Part shown: positions 34,212 to 43,451 of the stretch, piece by piece
Layout of the letters: the number at the start of each line of letters is the position of its first letter
Position numbering within the stretch: position 1 is the stretch's first letter
DNA from: a virus
Lineage: Duplodnaviria; Caudoviricetes
IMG/VR virus record: IMGVR_UViG_3300025806_000029
Coordinates: 1 to 58,115 of that record
Reading direction: 5' to 3' (one strand)
DNA length: 58,115 nucleotides
Notes under the pieces: generated by a model
What the model was told of the DNA's origin: nothing
Database searches by the model: none
What the model saw: the letters and a program-made list of their open reading frames with translations, nothing else
Program-made: the position numbers and the translations under genes

Positions 34212-34995
34212 CTTCTCCTAGAAGCTCCATGCCCTTGGCGGACCAAGCTCCTCTATATGTATATGTTTCGGGGTCTGCTGCGGAACGCCACCGACCGTAT
34301 TGACCCGTCTCTTCAAAAATTGCGTCAAGCTCCGCGCCGGTTAAATCTGTTCTCTGCTTTCTTACATCGGAGTAAAGAACGGGAAGGGAGTACCTGTTTC
34401 CTGTTCCGGGGTCTACAAAAAGAGAACACACCGCGTCAGGGAGGGCTTCGTACTGTTCAAAGCGCCCCTTTAAAGTTGTTGCAACCGTGTCGTAGTTGAA
34501 AGCAGAGCCTTTCTGCATCGCAGAAAAGTTGCCCGTTCCCGCTAAATAAACGTCTACGCCGTCAACCTCTATTTCCGTCCGAAGCCTGTCATGGTTGTCG
34601 GTAGCGGTATTTTCTAAGGAAATACCCACAACAATACCGTCATACGATCCCGTATCTAATAGCTGCCGATACCCGCGGTAGCGAGGCGCAATTATTCCGA
34701 CGTCCACCCTTACTTCAAACCCTTCTCGAATAGGCTGCATGTCCTCCGCATAAGAAACCGGCCATGAAGTTGTGCTGTACTCAAAATCTCGCACATTGCT
34801 TTTTAACCAAGAAACTATAGCGTCGGCAGCGGTTTTCTGAGAAAGCTCTTTTTCAGAAGCGTTTGAAAACTTGCTCTCCAGCCACGTTTCTGTGGAATAT
34901 ACGGCTGTAATGTTGTGGGTTGTATTAGAAAGCCAATTCCACAAAGCGTACGTACTGTTAATTCCACCTGAATAAGGAATGAGTATATTAGCCAT
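34204..34995 (-). CDS. PP-loop (adenine nucleotide alpha-hydrolase, QueC-like) protein
   Basis: N-terminal ILIPYSGGINST. Confidence 0.6.
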   Translation of the reverse strand: MANILIPYSGGINSTYALWNWLSNTTHNITAVYSTETWLESKFSNASEKELSQKTAADAIVSWLKSNVRDFEYSTTSWPVSYAEDMQPIREGFEVRVDVGIIAPRYRGYRQLLDTGSYDGIVVGISLENTATDNHDRLRTEIEVDGVDVYLAGTGNFSAMQKGSAFNYDTVATTLKGRFEQYEALPDAVCSLFVDPGTGNRYSLPVLYSDVRKQRTDLTGAELDAIFEETGQYGRWRSAADPETYTYRGAWSAKGMELLGEGG

Positions 34996-34998
34996 AAT

Positions 34999-35712
34999 CT
35001 ACGCCGTCTGCCCTTGAACAGTTCCTTGGTTAGTCACCGTCACCGTCCGACTGTTCTTGCGAACAGCGAAACCCGCCGCGCCTCCAGCGCCACCCGACCC
35101 CGCGGGCGAAAGTATACCGCAGCCGTTGGGATCGGAGGGTACGGTGCCGGACGAACCCGACGCACCCGCTTGGCCGAACCCGCCTTGAGCCCCGGCTGAT
35201 CCGTTACTGCCAAAACGAGCTTGGCCCATCATGGTACACTGAACGCCTTTACCGTCATCAATCCCACGTCGCCTAGAGCCTGCGGTGCCACCGCCGCCAC
35301 CGCCGCCACCGCCCGAGCGAACCGTGCCCTGCGAACCTACCGCCACAGCATAGGTACCCGTTGCGGGGGTGCTTGTGTTAAAGTGAATAGCGTCTCCGCC
35401 CGCGGAGCCCGCTTGGCCCGTACCGCCCGTGGCCCCCGTATATCCGGTGACCGTCCCGTTTACCGTTACTGTAAGCGGAGAAGCTGCGTTAATCGCCCCG
35501 GTTTGAAGGGCCGGGTTTGTCATTGTGGCGGTAACTTCTACGCCAGAATTTACCGTAACAAAAATAGGCGTATCGTCAGAGCCCGCGCTATAGCCATTCT
35601 GGGCCGCCACGGTAGCGATGTTATAGTTTGAAGTGTTTCCCGATATCGTAAGGTTCAAGTCGAGCTTCTGGTGCCCGCCCTGAACTATCGGCATTAATTC
35701 TCCAGTTCCCAT
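34999..35712 (-). CDS. Gly-rich receptor-binding tail fibre tip (gp38 adhesin-like)
   Basis: Poly-Gly tracts, G.GG.AG.A motifs; follows the fibre gene. Confidence 0.65.
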   Translation of the reverse strand: MGTGELMPIVQGGHQKLDLNLTISGNTSNYNIATVAAQNGYSAGSDDTPIFVTVNSGVEVTATMTNPALQTGAINAASPLTVTVNGTVTGYTGATGGTGQAGSAGGDAIHFNTSTPATGTYAVAVGSQGTVRSGGGGGGGGGTAGSRRRGIDDGKGVQCTMMGQARFGSNGSAGAQGGFGQAGASGSSGTVPSDPNGCGILSPAGSGGAGGAAGFAVRKNSRTVTVTNQGTVQGQTA

Positions 35713-35724
35713 TACGCATTTCCT

Positions 35725-36771
35725 TTATTGCAGTGCTTTAACCGTTAATAGAGAGAAGGTGGAGGAACCGTCATTTACTCGTGTGATGTAGAAGAAAAAC
35801 TCGTGGCCGTTAGTCGTAGTTATACTGTCACCGTCAACTAAAGTGTATCCGGAAGTTGTGATAGTTCCAGCGGAGGCGTTATTTTTGTACAGAAGGACCA
35901 TAGTAGCGTTTTTTGCAGGCACCGCCAGCGTGTGAGCCCCACCATTTACGGCCTGCTGAAAGTTTCCGTCGTCCACATCAGGGGTGTACGTCCCGGAGCT
36001 TTTTGTCCCCGCATCGTGAATTGCGGCGCTAAAACCCGCTGTCAATTCGTCGGCGGTATCGGCCTTGAGTGTGTCGGCATCAAAAGCTTGAACATCACTC
36101 CCAATCGCCACGCCCATTGAAGTTCTAGCGGTCGAACCCGATTCCGCAACAAAGTTGGTGCCGTCACCTACAATAAAATTTCCGTCGGTTACGGCAAGAC
36201 CCGCAACATCAGCTAGCTGAGCGTCAAAAGCCTGAACATCACTCCCAATCGCCAACCCGAGGTTCGTGCGGGCGGCAGACGCCGTAGAACCACCCGTTCC
36301 ACCGTCGGCTATCGCAAGATCCGTAATCCCGGTTACTGTGCCGCCCGTTATAGCGACACTGTCAAACAGATCAGAGACGGCTGCGCCTGACCCCGCGCCG
36401 TCAGCATAAATAATCTTTGTCGCACCGTTTGGAACCGTCGCGTTCGACCCCGTGCCTTGACTGAATACCGCGCTTTGGCCGCTGCCGTTTCGAACAAAGT
36501 AAAGCTTGTCCTGATCGTTAGGGCTGATTGTAACGGTGTTTGTTCCTGTTGGGCTGCCGCCTAAAACTAGAACCTTAAACATACCGTCAGAAAGAGTACC
36601 GTCGCTAGTTGTTAGCGTATGACTCGTGCCGCTAAGGGTGACAGACCCTACGCCATTGAGCGTTCGGTCTATAATGTCCATGTTCAGGTTCGTGGTGTCG
36701 CCCCACGTACCGGACTGGTCACCCGTGGCCGGTTTCTCTATACCGGTATTTGCTGTATAAGTAGATACCAT
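35725..36771 (-). CDS. Tail fibre protein
   Basis: TGDQSGTWGDTTN.N N-terminus; LAIADGGTG...ARTNLGLAIGSDVQA repeats. Confidence 0.8.
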   Translation of the reverse strand: MVSTYTANTGIEKPATGDQSGTWGDTTNLNMDIIDRTLNGVGSVTLSGTSHTLTTSDGTLSDGMFKVLVLGGSPTGTNTVTISPNDQDKLYFVRNGSGQSAVFSQGTGSNATVPNGATKIIYADGAGSGAAVSDLFDSVAITGGTVTGITDLAIADGGTGGSTASAARTNLGLAIGSDVQAFDAQLADVAGLAVTDGNFIVGDGTNFVAESGSTARTSMGVAIGSDVQAFDADTLKADTADELTAGFSAAIHDAGTKSSGTYTPDVDDGNFQQAVNGGAHTLAVPAKNATMVLLYKNNASAGTITTSGYTLVDGDSITTTNGHEFFFYITRVNDGSSTFSLLTVKALQ

Positions 36772-36783
36772 TCTTCTATCCTT

Positions 36784-37632
36784 TTACGCGGCTATTTCTT
36801 CCCACGTAGCTGTCTGATCCGGTGTTATAGCGCTATAAGAAGCTGTCTGATCCGGTGCTATTATACTCCAAACAGTTACAATTCCAACAGAACTTATTGC
36901 CTCCGCCCCTGTCGGGGAAATGATCGCTCCGCCGGTTGCAACCACCGTTCCGACGGCGGTGGTTGCGGACAGCCCTGTTTGGGGCACTTCAGCGTTACCT
37001 ACGGCGGTAGCCGTTCCAACGGCGGTCGTTCCGGCAACCCCTGTAACGTCTACGGTCTTACCAAAGACAATAAGGGGACTACCTACGCCGCCTGTCCCGG
37101 CAACCCCTGAGACAGACACAGTAAAATCAAAGTTTATGGTGGGGCTGCCTACCGCGCCCGTGCCTGCGGAGCCGGTAGCCGCCACAACAAAATCAGTTGT
37201 GACAGTTTCATCACCGACCCCGGTGGTCGCGGAAAGTCCGCTTAGAAGTACGGTGTTTGCGTCGCCCCAAGGACCGGAACCCCACGTTCCGCGGCCCCAG
37301 CCCTGTAGAGCTTCCGTCGCCACCACGGTTTCATCGCCAACTGCGGTGGTGCCTGCGGACCCTGAAACGCCGAAAACAAACTGCGTTGCTAACGTGACGC
37401 TGCCCACACCGCCCGTTCCCGAAACACCGGAAACAGCCAGAACTTGGTCAGTTACAAAGCTTAATACGTCGTCGGTGGTGCCCCAAGGATCATCGCCCCA
37501 CGCTTGACGACCCCAACCCGTATCGTGGCCCACAGAGGCAGTGGCCGAAACACCGGAAACTACTACGGGAGACGGCTGGCCCCACGGACCTTGCCCCCAG
37601 CCTGCCCGACCCCAGCCTGATAAACCAGACAT
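36784..37632 (-). CDS. Tail-associated beta-rich protein with GWG repeats
   Basis: GWGRxxWGxxPWG x3; VSGV..T..VG repeats. Confidence 0.65.
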   Translation of the reverse strand: MSGLSGWGRAGWGQGPWGQPSPVVVSGVSATASVGHDTGWGRQAWGDDPWGTTDDVLSFVTDQVLAVSGVSGTGGVGSVTLATQFVFGVSGSAGTTAVGDETVVATEALQGWGRGTWGSGPWGDANTVLLSGLSATTGVGDETVTTDFVVAATGSAGTGAVGSPTINFDFTVSVSGVAGTGGVGSPLIVFGKTVDVTGVAGTTAVGTATAVGNAEVPQTGLSATTAVGTVVATGGAIISPTGAEAISSVGIVTVWSIIAPDQTASYSAITPDQTATWEEIAA

Positions 37633-37645
37633 GTCGGGTTTACCG

Positions 37646-38077
37646 CTAAGCTATACGAATGATGGCGTCAGTGGCGTTCGCCGTAGGAAACTGAATCGTA
37701 AAGTCTCCGGCAGAAGAGCTTTTATCGCCGCCAAAAGCCAGAATAAGAACGGAGGGGTCACCAGTGGCGGTTTCGTTAAAAATCATAGCCCCGTTTGCGG
37801 TGATGGTGGCAGAGCTAAAAGTAAGGTCTGCAAAGTCACCAATCGCGGTTGTACTGCTTGCCACCGGGGTAACTGAAGTCAAGGTGCCACCTTTCGCAGT
37901 GTAACCTGTTCCGCTGACCTCGTTTGAGGTTGTATACGCGGTGGTCGCCGCGCCTAAGGACGCCGAGCTAGTGTAAAGCGCCAGCTTAAAGGTGTTTCCG
38001 GTAGACGCCGTAAAATTATGCACACCTTTCAGGATCTCCACCTTGAAAGACGTACACATTGCTTGAGAGATTGCCAT
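37646..38077 (-). CDS. Tail structural protein
   Basis: SFK..IL...H.F...FKLALYT...GYTAKG...FGGDK...FTIQFP. Confidence 0.7.
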   Translation of the reverse strand: MAISQAMCTSFKVEILKGVHNFTASTGNTFKLALYTSSASLGAATTAYTTSNEVSGTGYTAKGGTLTSVTPVASSTTAIGDFADLTFSSATITANGAMIFNETATGDPSVLILAFGGDKSSSAGDFTIQFPTANATDAIIRIA

Positions 38078-38078
38078 C

Positions 38079-38372
38079 TCAAAGTCTCCTTATTAATTCA
38101 GCCAGTTCAGGGTGGCCTGCATCGTTCAAAGCGTTAAAGACTGTCGTCCTATCGCTATTTATAGCTTCTCGCATGTAAAAACTCAATATTTTCTCTAGCT
38201 GTTCCTTAAAAGCAAAGGCTTGGTCTCTTATAACAGGAGGAGCATCCATAGAAACGCGCATAACCTTGTCCGCGCACCGCGAGGCTACTTCTTCCGGAGT
38301 ATGGCCCCTAAACTGCGTTGTGTGGACCGCAACCTTGTAGTCCGGTGCAATCTCTAAACCCGCTTGAAGCAT
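38079..38372 (-). CDS. Conserved hypothetical protein
   Basis: Coupled ORF; GHTPEE...APPVIRDQA.AF. Confidence 0.7.
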   Translation of the reverse strand: MLQAGLEIAPDYKVAVHTTQFRGHTPEEVASRCADKVMRVSMDAPPVIRDQAFAFKEQLEKILSFYMREAINSDRTTVFNALNDAGHPELAELIRRL

Positions 38373-39019
38373 TATGTTCTTTCCTTGTTAGGCAAACCTT
38401 TTCGATACGCGTCATTGTTCTCTCTCGCTTCCGCAAGATCTTTAAGGCGCATTAAGGCTTCTTCAAACCGTTTTTCGTACATGGCAAGCACATCCTGCTC
38501 ACCTTTCATATATATGTAGGCTTCAACCAAAGAGCCAAACAAAATAGCGTTGGGAGCATTAATGCTTAGGAACGTCGTTCCTGATTCCGCTCCGGCGGTC
38601 AGGCTAGCGGGCCTGTAATAGTAATGAAGCTCCACTGAGTACCCGGAGTCTGGTGTCGGCGCTATCAAAAAGTTTGAATCATCAAACAAGGCGTAAAACT
38701 CGGGCTCGCCGGTTAAAGAAGAGTTCGGCCAATACTCCTGCAAAAAATTCACGTCTTTTTGCAGGAGGAATTTTTTTGAGCTAGATACTTCAATAGACAA
38801 CGAGAACGAGGCTAAAAAATCTGGCGGGGCCTGCAAAAACCTGTTTGACGTGGTCATAGAGGCGCTGACGTTCTTTCTAAAGTTTTCAAGATCAACAAGC
38901 TTAAAAATACGCTCTTCTGCGGCCCGAATAAAAACGGGCAGGTTTGTCACGAAGCTTGTTTCCGTGTTTTCTGAAAAGTCCTGTATTGCTGTTTTTAGTT
39001 GTGCGAACGTAAAACTCAT
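38372..39019 (-). CDS. Head-tail adaptor / tail tubular A-like protein
   Basis: L..AIQDF.E...FIRAAEERI...G.P.FYA...IAPTPD...LFGSLVEA. Confidence 0.75.
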   Translation of the reverse strand: MSFTFAQLKTAIQDFSENTETSFVTNLPVFIRAAEERIFKLVDLENFRKNVSASMTTSNRFLQAPPDFLASFSLSIEVSSSKKFLLQKDVNFLQEYWPNSSLTGEPEFYALFDDSNFLIAPTPDSGYSVELHYYYRPASLTAGAESGTTFLSINAPNAILFGSLVEAYIYMKGEQDVLAMYEKRFEEALMRLKDLAEARENNDAYRKGLPNKERT

Positions 39020-39318
39020 GCCGTCACCACTGTCACTATACCGGTAGAAGACACCGCTTTAGTGTCCCGAAGACCTTGCGGAAAAGAAGCACCGCCAACA
39101 AAAACAGTTTGAGGCTCAACGCGGTCTGGGCGCGGGTTGAAGAGGGACTCTGCGTCAGAGACTTCTTTAAACGGCCCTAGTTGAGGGTGCTTCGGTTCAA
39201 ACTCGTCCTTACCGACAAGCGCACCCGTCCACTCGCGGCGCATGTCCTGATACCGATACCGAAAACCGGACCGGTCCGATATTGCATAAGAATTTTTGCC
39301 CGTTGCGTGTTTAGCCAT
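39016..39318 (-). CDS. Conserved hypothetical virion-region protein
   Basis: AISDRSGFRY.Y...EWTG...EPKHPQL...PRPD. Confidence 0.7.
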   Translation of the reverse strand: MAKHATGKNSYAISDRSGFRYRYQDMRREWTGALVGKDEFEPKHPQLGPFKEVSDAESLFNPRPDRVEPQTVFVGGASFPQGLRDTKAVSSTGIVTVVTA

Positions 39319-39320
39319 GC

Positions 39321-40223
39321 CTACCTACCGAAATAATTGTGGCTAGGCGATATTTGAAAGGATGAGCGGTCTCTGTCCTCCTGCATAGCTCTCTGCATTT
39401 CCTCTTCATAAACGGCCTTGAGTAGGTTCGTTTTTTCTGGAGAAAATTTAATCGACAGGTAGTACGACAAGCCCGCAGATACGCAGGGATAAAACCGAAA
39501 GGGCACCTCTAAAGTATTCGTCTGAGTGTCCGCGTCGTCTAACCGCGTCAAGCGGTCAAAAACTAGCTCGTACGTAGAGCTAGAATCCGGTGTGGGCCAC
39601 AACCGAACTTTCGGGGTAATCAATCGGTCAACATAAAACTGAACAGGGCGACCGGTAGATCTTTTGCTGGTGAGGCCTAAGTAAGCGTCTCGACCAATCC
39701 GAGTAATTTGAAGATCGGATTGGTTGCTTTCTCCGCTGTTTTGTCGAATTGCGGCGGATAATATATCTATAGATGCCTGAACATCTTCTAGCGAAACAAT
39801 AGATGAGACCGTGGCGGTAGCTCCCGTAGTGCCCCCTGTTATGGTCTCGGTTGCTGCGAATGTTCCGGAGGGGATTGTTATCGCGACAACTGTGGCGGAG
39901 TTTACATTCGTGATAAAAGCCGTGGCCGAGCTAGTGCCTCCGGTTATGGCTTCACCGTCTTGAAAACCCGTTGTGCTATTAACTGTCATGGTTAAGGTGC
40001 CGACCGGATAGTCAGCCACCCCGTTAGCGAGCGCCACCGTTTTCTGTTCTATTGTCCACCGATTAATGCCTCGGTTAGCCCACTCTGCAAAAAGCAGGTT
40101 AAGCGACCTCTTCGCCGTGCGAAGGTCGTAACCTGTCCGAGCCTCAAGCCCGCAGCGTTCGAACGCCTCTTCGATATGCTCGTTTACGTCGAGTTCGAAG
40201 TTTTTGCTAGAGGAAACTGTCAC
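39321..40223 (-). CDS. Adaptor/connector protein with inserted beta domain
   Basis: IEEAFERCG...ARRS-like LNLL..EWANRG...LWPTPD; Thr/Gly-rich insert. Confidence 0.7.
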   Translation of the reverse strand: MTVSSSKNFELDVNEHIEEAFERCGLEARTGYDLRTAKRSLNLLFAEWANRGINRWTIEQKTVALANGVADYPVGTLTMTVNSTTGFQDGEAITGGTSSATAFITNVNSATVVAITIPSGTFAATETITGGTTGATATVSSIVSLEDVQASIDILSAAIRQNSGESNQSDLQITRIGRDAYLGLTSKRSTGRPVQFYVDRLITPKVRLWPTPDSSSTYELVFDRLTRLDDADTQTNTLEVPFRFYPCVSAGLSYYLSIKFSPEKTNLLKAVYEEEMQRAMQEDRDRSSFQISPSHNYFGR

Positions 40224-40227
40224 CTAA

Positions 40228-40368
40228 CTACTTCCGCTTTTTGACCATTCCGCCGCCGCGCATACGCTTCGGACCTTTTTTGACCATTCCGCCGCCGCGC
40301 ATCTTCTTAACCATTCCGCCGCCGCGCATCTTCTTAACCGGTTTTTTCTTACGAGGTTTCATTGCCAT
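40228..40368 (-). CDS. 46-aa highly basic repeat peptide (not in ORF track)
   Basis: MAMKPRKKKPVKK(MRGGGMVKK)x3-type repeats; AGGAG RBS; near-tandem DNA repeats at 40244-40338. Confidence 0.75.
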   Translation of the reverse strand: MAMKPRKKKPVKKMRGGGMVKKMRGGGMVKKGPKRMRGGGMVKKRK

Positions 40369-40912
40369 TGTTCAATCTCCTGTATAAGTCTTCTCTGTGG
40401 GCATATAGACCCGTGTTTTCAAAAGCTTCGAAGCTCCTGTCGTAATAACCCAAGGGTTTTAGGGCTTCTGACCTTTCATGCAAAGCCTTTAGACGTTGCA
40501 CAAAAATGATAGCATATTTTTGGTCTACCAAAGGAGAAAAAGAACCGTCGTCTATTAAATCGTCCGGATCGTCGTCCGGATGAAACCCCATAACCCAAAT
40601 ATCTTGCTGTATTAGAATACCGTCCGAAATAGCTTCGTTAAGATCGTGCAAAAAGTCTTCAAACTCTTCAGGGTTTTTTCGATAAGACAAGTCAATGACC
40701 ATGACCACGTCAAACCGGTCGTCAAAGCCCGCGATTGTCTGGTACAGAGAAAGGTTGTCGTCCTCCGTTTTAAACACAAACCCAATTTTGTCCTCGTCCC
40801 ACGCTTTCTTGGCATACGGACAGGCTGGAAGGTTGTTAAAAAACGGAGAGGGGGACTCAAGCGTATGCCTAGACCACTCCCGAAGTTCTTGTTTTATCTG
40901 CTGTTCTAACAT
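40349..40912 (-). CDS. DUF1415-like protein
   Basis: NLPACPYAKKAW...MGFHP...FVQRL..L...SE.L...GYY. Confidence 0.6.
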   Translation of the reverse strand: MLEQQIKQELREWSRHTLESPSPFFNNLPACPYAKKAWDEDKIGFVFKTEDDNLSLYQTIAGFDDRFDVVMVIDLSYRKNPEEFEDFLHDLNEAISDGILIQQDIWVMGFHPDDDPDDLIDDGSFSPLVDQKYAIIFVQRLKALHERSEALKPLGYYDRSFEAFENTGLYAHREDLYRRLNNGNETS

Positions 40913-40913
40913 G

Positions 40914-41252
40914 TCAAGTGTATAGCGTTCTTTTCCGGCGATTAGACATTACCGCGCCGCAGCCTTTGTTAAGCTTACGGTACGGCGCTCCAACAACTAC
41001 TCCACCCGCAGCCGCTCGTGCAACTTTTGCAGCTTTTGTATTAGAAACAACAGTTTTGCCGCGAGAACCGCCCTGCTTTTTCTTACGAGCCGTAGAGGCA
41101 CGCTGAGACTTAGACAGAGAAGACGCTTTAGCTCTTGGTAAGCACCGGTCAGGGTTTTTCTTATCTTTAGACGTCCCGCACTTACCCGCGATTTTACCGC
41201 TGCTATCAATCCGAACCCAATCTTCATCTAACCACTCCTTTAATTTACCCAT
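40914..41252 (-). CDS. Small basic conserved protein
   Basis: LKEWLDEDWV...CG...CLP; Lys/Arg-rich. Confidence 0.7.
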   Translation of the reverse strand: MGKLKEWLDEDWVRIDSSGKIAGKCGTSKDKKNPDRCLPRAKASSLSKSQRASTARKKKQGGSRGKTVVSNTKAAKVARAAAGGVVVGAPYRKLNKGCGAVMSNRRKRTLYT

Positions 41253-41489
41253 CTAACGGCCTTTCCGCTTCCCGCCCTTAGATTTTTTTGCGTAGTTGGG
41301 GTCTTTACAATACTTAGAAGCTGCGAGGTTTGCATAAGCCGACGGGTATGTATCAAACGTGCGCTTTGCCCATGCTTTTCCTTCAGGGCAAATCTTGCTC
41401 CCCTTGCTTTTAGAGGAGACAGAGCCGCCCTTTCTAAAATAGGTTAGCTTAGGCTTACTGGCCTTTGGGCCTGTTCGAACTTTTGTCAT
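41253..41489 (-). CDS. Small basic protein with YPSAYAN motif
   Basis: AKRTFDTYPSAYAN. Confidence 0.7.
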   Translation of the reverse strand: MTKVRTGPKASKPKLTYFRKGGSVSSKSKGSKICPEGKAWAKRTFDTYPSAYANLAASKYCKDPNYAKKSKGGKRKGR

Positions 41490-41685
41490 CTACCCTCACA
41501 ATCTTACGTGATTCAATAAACTGCTCCCACAAGGGTTTTATCATGTGGTAATTTTGATCTACTTTTAAAGCCGTTCGTTCTGTTCGCTTGTCCACGTCAA
41601 TCAACGTCAAAGACTGCCACGCAAAGAAGCCAAGAAGGGCGCTTACCACACCCGCCGCAATAACGCCAATAATGGTTTTTTCCAT
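41455..41685 (-). CDS. Small membrane protein
   Basis: N-terminal TM helix. Confidence 0.6.
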   Translation of the reverse strand: MEKTIIGVIAAGVVSALLGFFAWQSLTLIDVDKRTERTALKVDQNYHMIKPLWEQFIESRKIVRVDDKSSNRPKGQ

Positions 41686-41689
41686 TAGT

Positions 41690-41989
41690 TTAGCACTTCC
41701 ATCTTCTGCGAGCCTGACGAATACGCGAGTTTGGATCGTTTCGCGTTTTAGCCGAGCTTTTTTTTAACTGACCCGCCGACCTCGCACAGTAACTTTTACG
41801 TCGTTTAGCGGCGGCACTACCTTTTTTAACTTTACCAGTCACAGCGGTTTTTAGCTTAGAACCCGGATTAGCTTTTTGATAACGGCGAACGCCCGCCTTA
41901 GTCATTCCGGCTCCCGAAGCGGTTTTTCGGTAGTTTGCGGATTTGCCCTTAGTGGTACGTCGAATAGCTTTTTCTTTCTTTCGAGCCAT
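41690..41989 (-). CDS. Small basic protein (DUF6321-like)
   Basis: GMTKAGV..Y...NPGSKLK...RRKSYCARS...RWKC. Confidence 0.75.
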   Translation of the reverse strand: MARKKEKAIRRTTKGKSANYRKTASGAGMTKAGVRRYQKANPGSKLKTAVTGKVKKGSAAAKRRKSYCARSAGQLKKSSAKTRNDPNSRIRQARRRWKC

Positions 41990-42186
41990 CAGTGAAGCGT
42001 CCCGTTAAATTCTTCAAAATCTAAAGGACTTTCTAAAATAGACTCTAACGCGTGGATAAACACACCAGCCTGCTCCGGAGAGCTAAAGCCGCTAAATTTA
42101 ACGAAAATATCCGGGGTAGGGGAATCTTCTATCGCAATGTAGTAAGTGCCGGAAAAGCCAAATTCTCCCAAGCGAAACCCGGCCAT
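41989..42186 (-). CDS. Hypothetical protein
   Basis: 65-aa ORF coupled to the downstream gene. Confidence 0.55.
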   Translation of the reverse strand: MAGFRLGEFGFSGTYYIAIEDSPTPDIFVKFSGFSSPEQAGVFIHALESILESPLDFEEFNGTLH

Positions 42187-42192
42187 AACACC

Positions 42193-42801
42193 CTACCCTT
42201 CGTAAAACACCGTTAAAGAAGAAAGAGCGGTTTGCGTGTACGTTACAAAACCACCGTCTTTAAACAAGATGCCGTCGTCAGGTATATCCGGATACTGCGT
42301 AGTATTGGCGGAGGCCACCGTGTTAAACTGCATCCTTATGCCGCCTGTTCCGGAGCCTTCTCTAAAAGTAATCGTACCAGCCGATCCCGTGTTAACGGCA
42401 TAGATACCCCGAAGGCGCATACGGCCTTGATACATTGGAGCAGCAACAGAGGTTCCGGAACCCGCGCTCACATCACCCGCAGGGTTGCCGACTGCGGCGA
42501 TTTGAGTAACCGTCGCAAAAAACTTACTTCCCGTTGCCGTGTCCGAGTCTACGCCGGAAATAGTTTCTGTTTGAGCAGCGTTTTGCTCGTCTGTTCCGGT
42601 TACCGTAAACGAAATCCCGGAATCGTCTCCTGCGCTGAGAATGGTGACGTTTCTAGGTTCGTCAAAAGTAACGGAACCGCCGCCAGCCAAAGCGCCTCCA
42701 ATGACTAAATTGGCGTTATTGCCAACGGCTGCCGCCGTCGAGATGCCATCCGGATCTGCGGTGGCGGCCTCTACGAGGACTGATTGAATATCAGACGCCA
42801 T
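42193..42801 (-). CDS. Virion structural protein
   Basis: Beta-rich; FTVTGTD...ETISG; IPDDGILF. Confidence 0.65.
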   Translation of the reverse strand: MASDIQSVLVEAATADPDGISTAAAVGNNANLVIGGALAGGGSVTFDEPRNVTILSAGDDSGISFTVTGTDEQNAAQTETISGVDSDTATGSKFFATVTQIAAVGNPAGDVSAGSGTSVAAPMYQGRMRLRGIYAVNTGSAGTITFREGSGTGGIRMQFNTVASANTTQYPDIPDDGILFKDGGFVTYTQTALSSLTVFYEG

Positions 42802-42855
42802 GAAAAGCTCCTTAAAAGTTTGGTGTTACATCAGAATAAGCCACAACCTTTTTTC

Positions 42856-43338
42856 TTAGGCCGTGGGCGAGTCTGAAGAAATACCAAAGAATTTTAGGGA
42901 CAACTGACCGCCCGCTCCGGCGGTTCCGGATATTACAACTTCAACCTCGTCGGCTGTTTCGGTTGCGGCGGTGGTAGCACCACCGGACATCCCCAAAACA
43001 CCATTACACGGGAAGAAGCCTTTAAACCCGGCAGCGTTGATGGCCTCAGAAATGCCGTCCACAAAGCCGTCGGTGTCCGCATCCGTACCCACGTCAACAA
43101 GATTGACGGCATTTGCAGCGGCGGTAACAACCGTAATAGCGACCCCCATAGGGATAAAATTAGAGGGAATGCCGATGGCGGATTCTTTATGCGTAGTACC
43201 CGTAGCCGCGATATCAATCGTTGCCGTGTACGTGGAAAGGGTCATCTCGTTAGTAAGACCCCCCGTCGCTGAATTTTTAATAATTGATTTAAAACCGTTT
43301 TCGGAACGGACGGGACCATTAAAAGTCGTGTTAGCCAT
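42856..43338 (-). CDS. Capsid decoration/fibre-like protein
   Basis: MANTTFNGPVRS N-terminus, immediately after the MCP gene. Confidence 0.65.
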   Translation of the reverse strand: MANTTFNGPVRSENGFKSIIKNSATGGLTNEMTLSTYTATIDIAATGTTHKESAIGIPSNFIPMGVAITVVTAAANAVNLVDVGTDADTDGFVDGISEAINAAGFKGFFPCNGVLGMSGGATTAATETADEVEVVISGTAGAGGQLSLKFFGISSDSPTA

Positions 43339-43404
43339 GAGTGTCTCCTGTCGGGGCTAGTGTCAGTCGCCCATTGCGACTGTCAGGGATGCAAAATTAT
43401 AGAA

Positions 43405-43435
43405 TAAAAAAGGGCGGCTGTGAAGCCGCCCTTTT
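43405..43435 (-). terminator. Intrinsic terminator after major capsid gene
   Basis: AAAAGGGCGGC/GCCGCCCTTTT stem plus U tract. Confidence 0.85.
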
Positions 43436-43451
43436 CGTTAGGTTAAAAACC

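Noticed and set aside
34204-34995. 7-deazaguanine DNA modification pathway
   Set aside because: Only a divergent PP-loop motif; no folE, queD, queE or dpdA.
36080-36256. Repeat pair in the tail fibre as DGR or shufflon sites
   Set aside because: It encodes the ordinary in-frame AIGSDVQAFDA fibre repeat.
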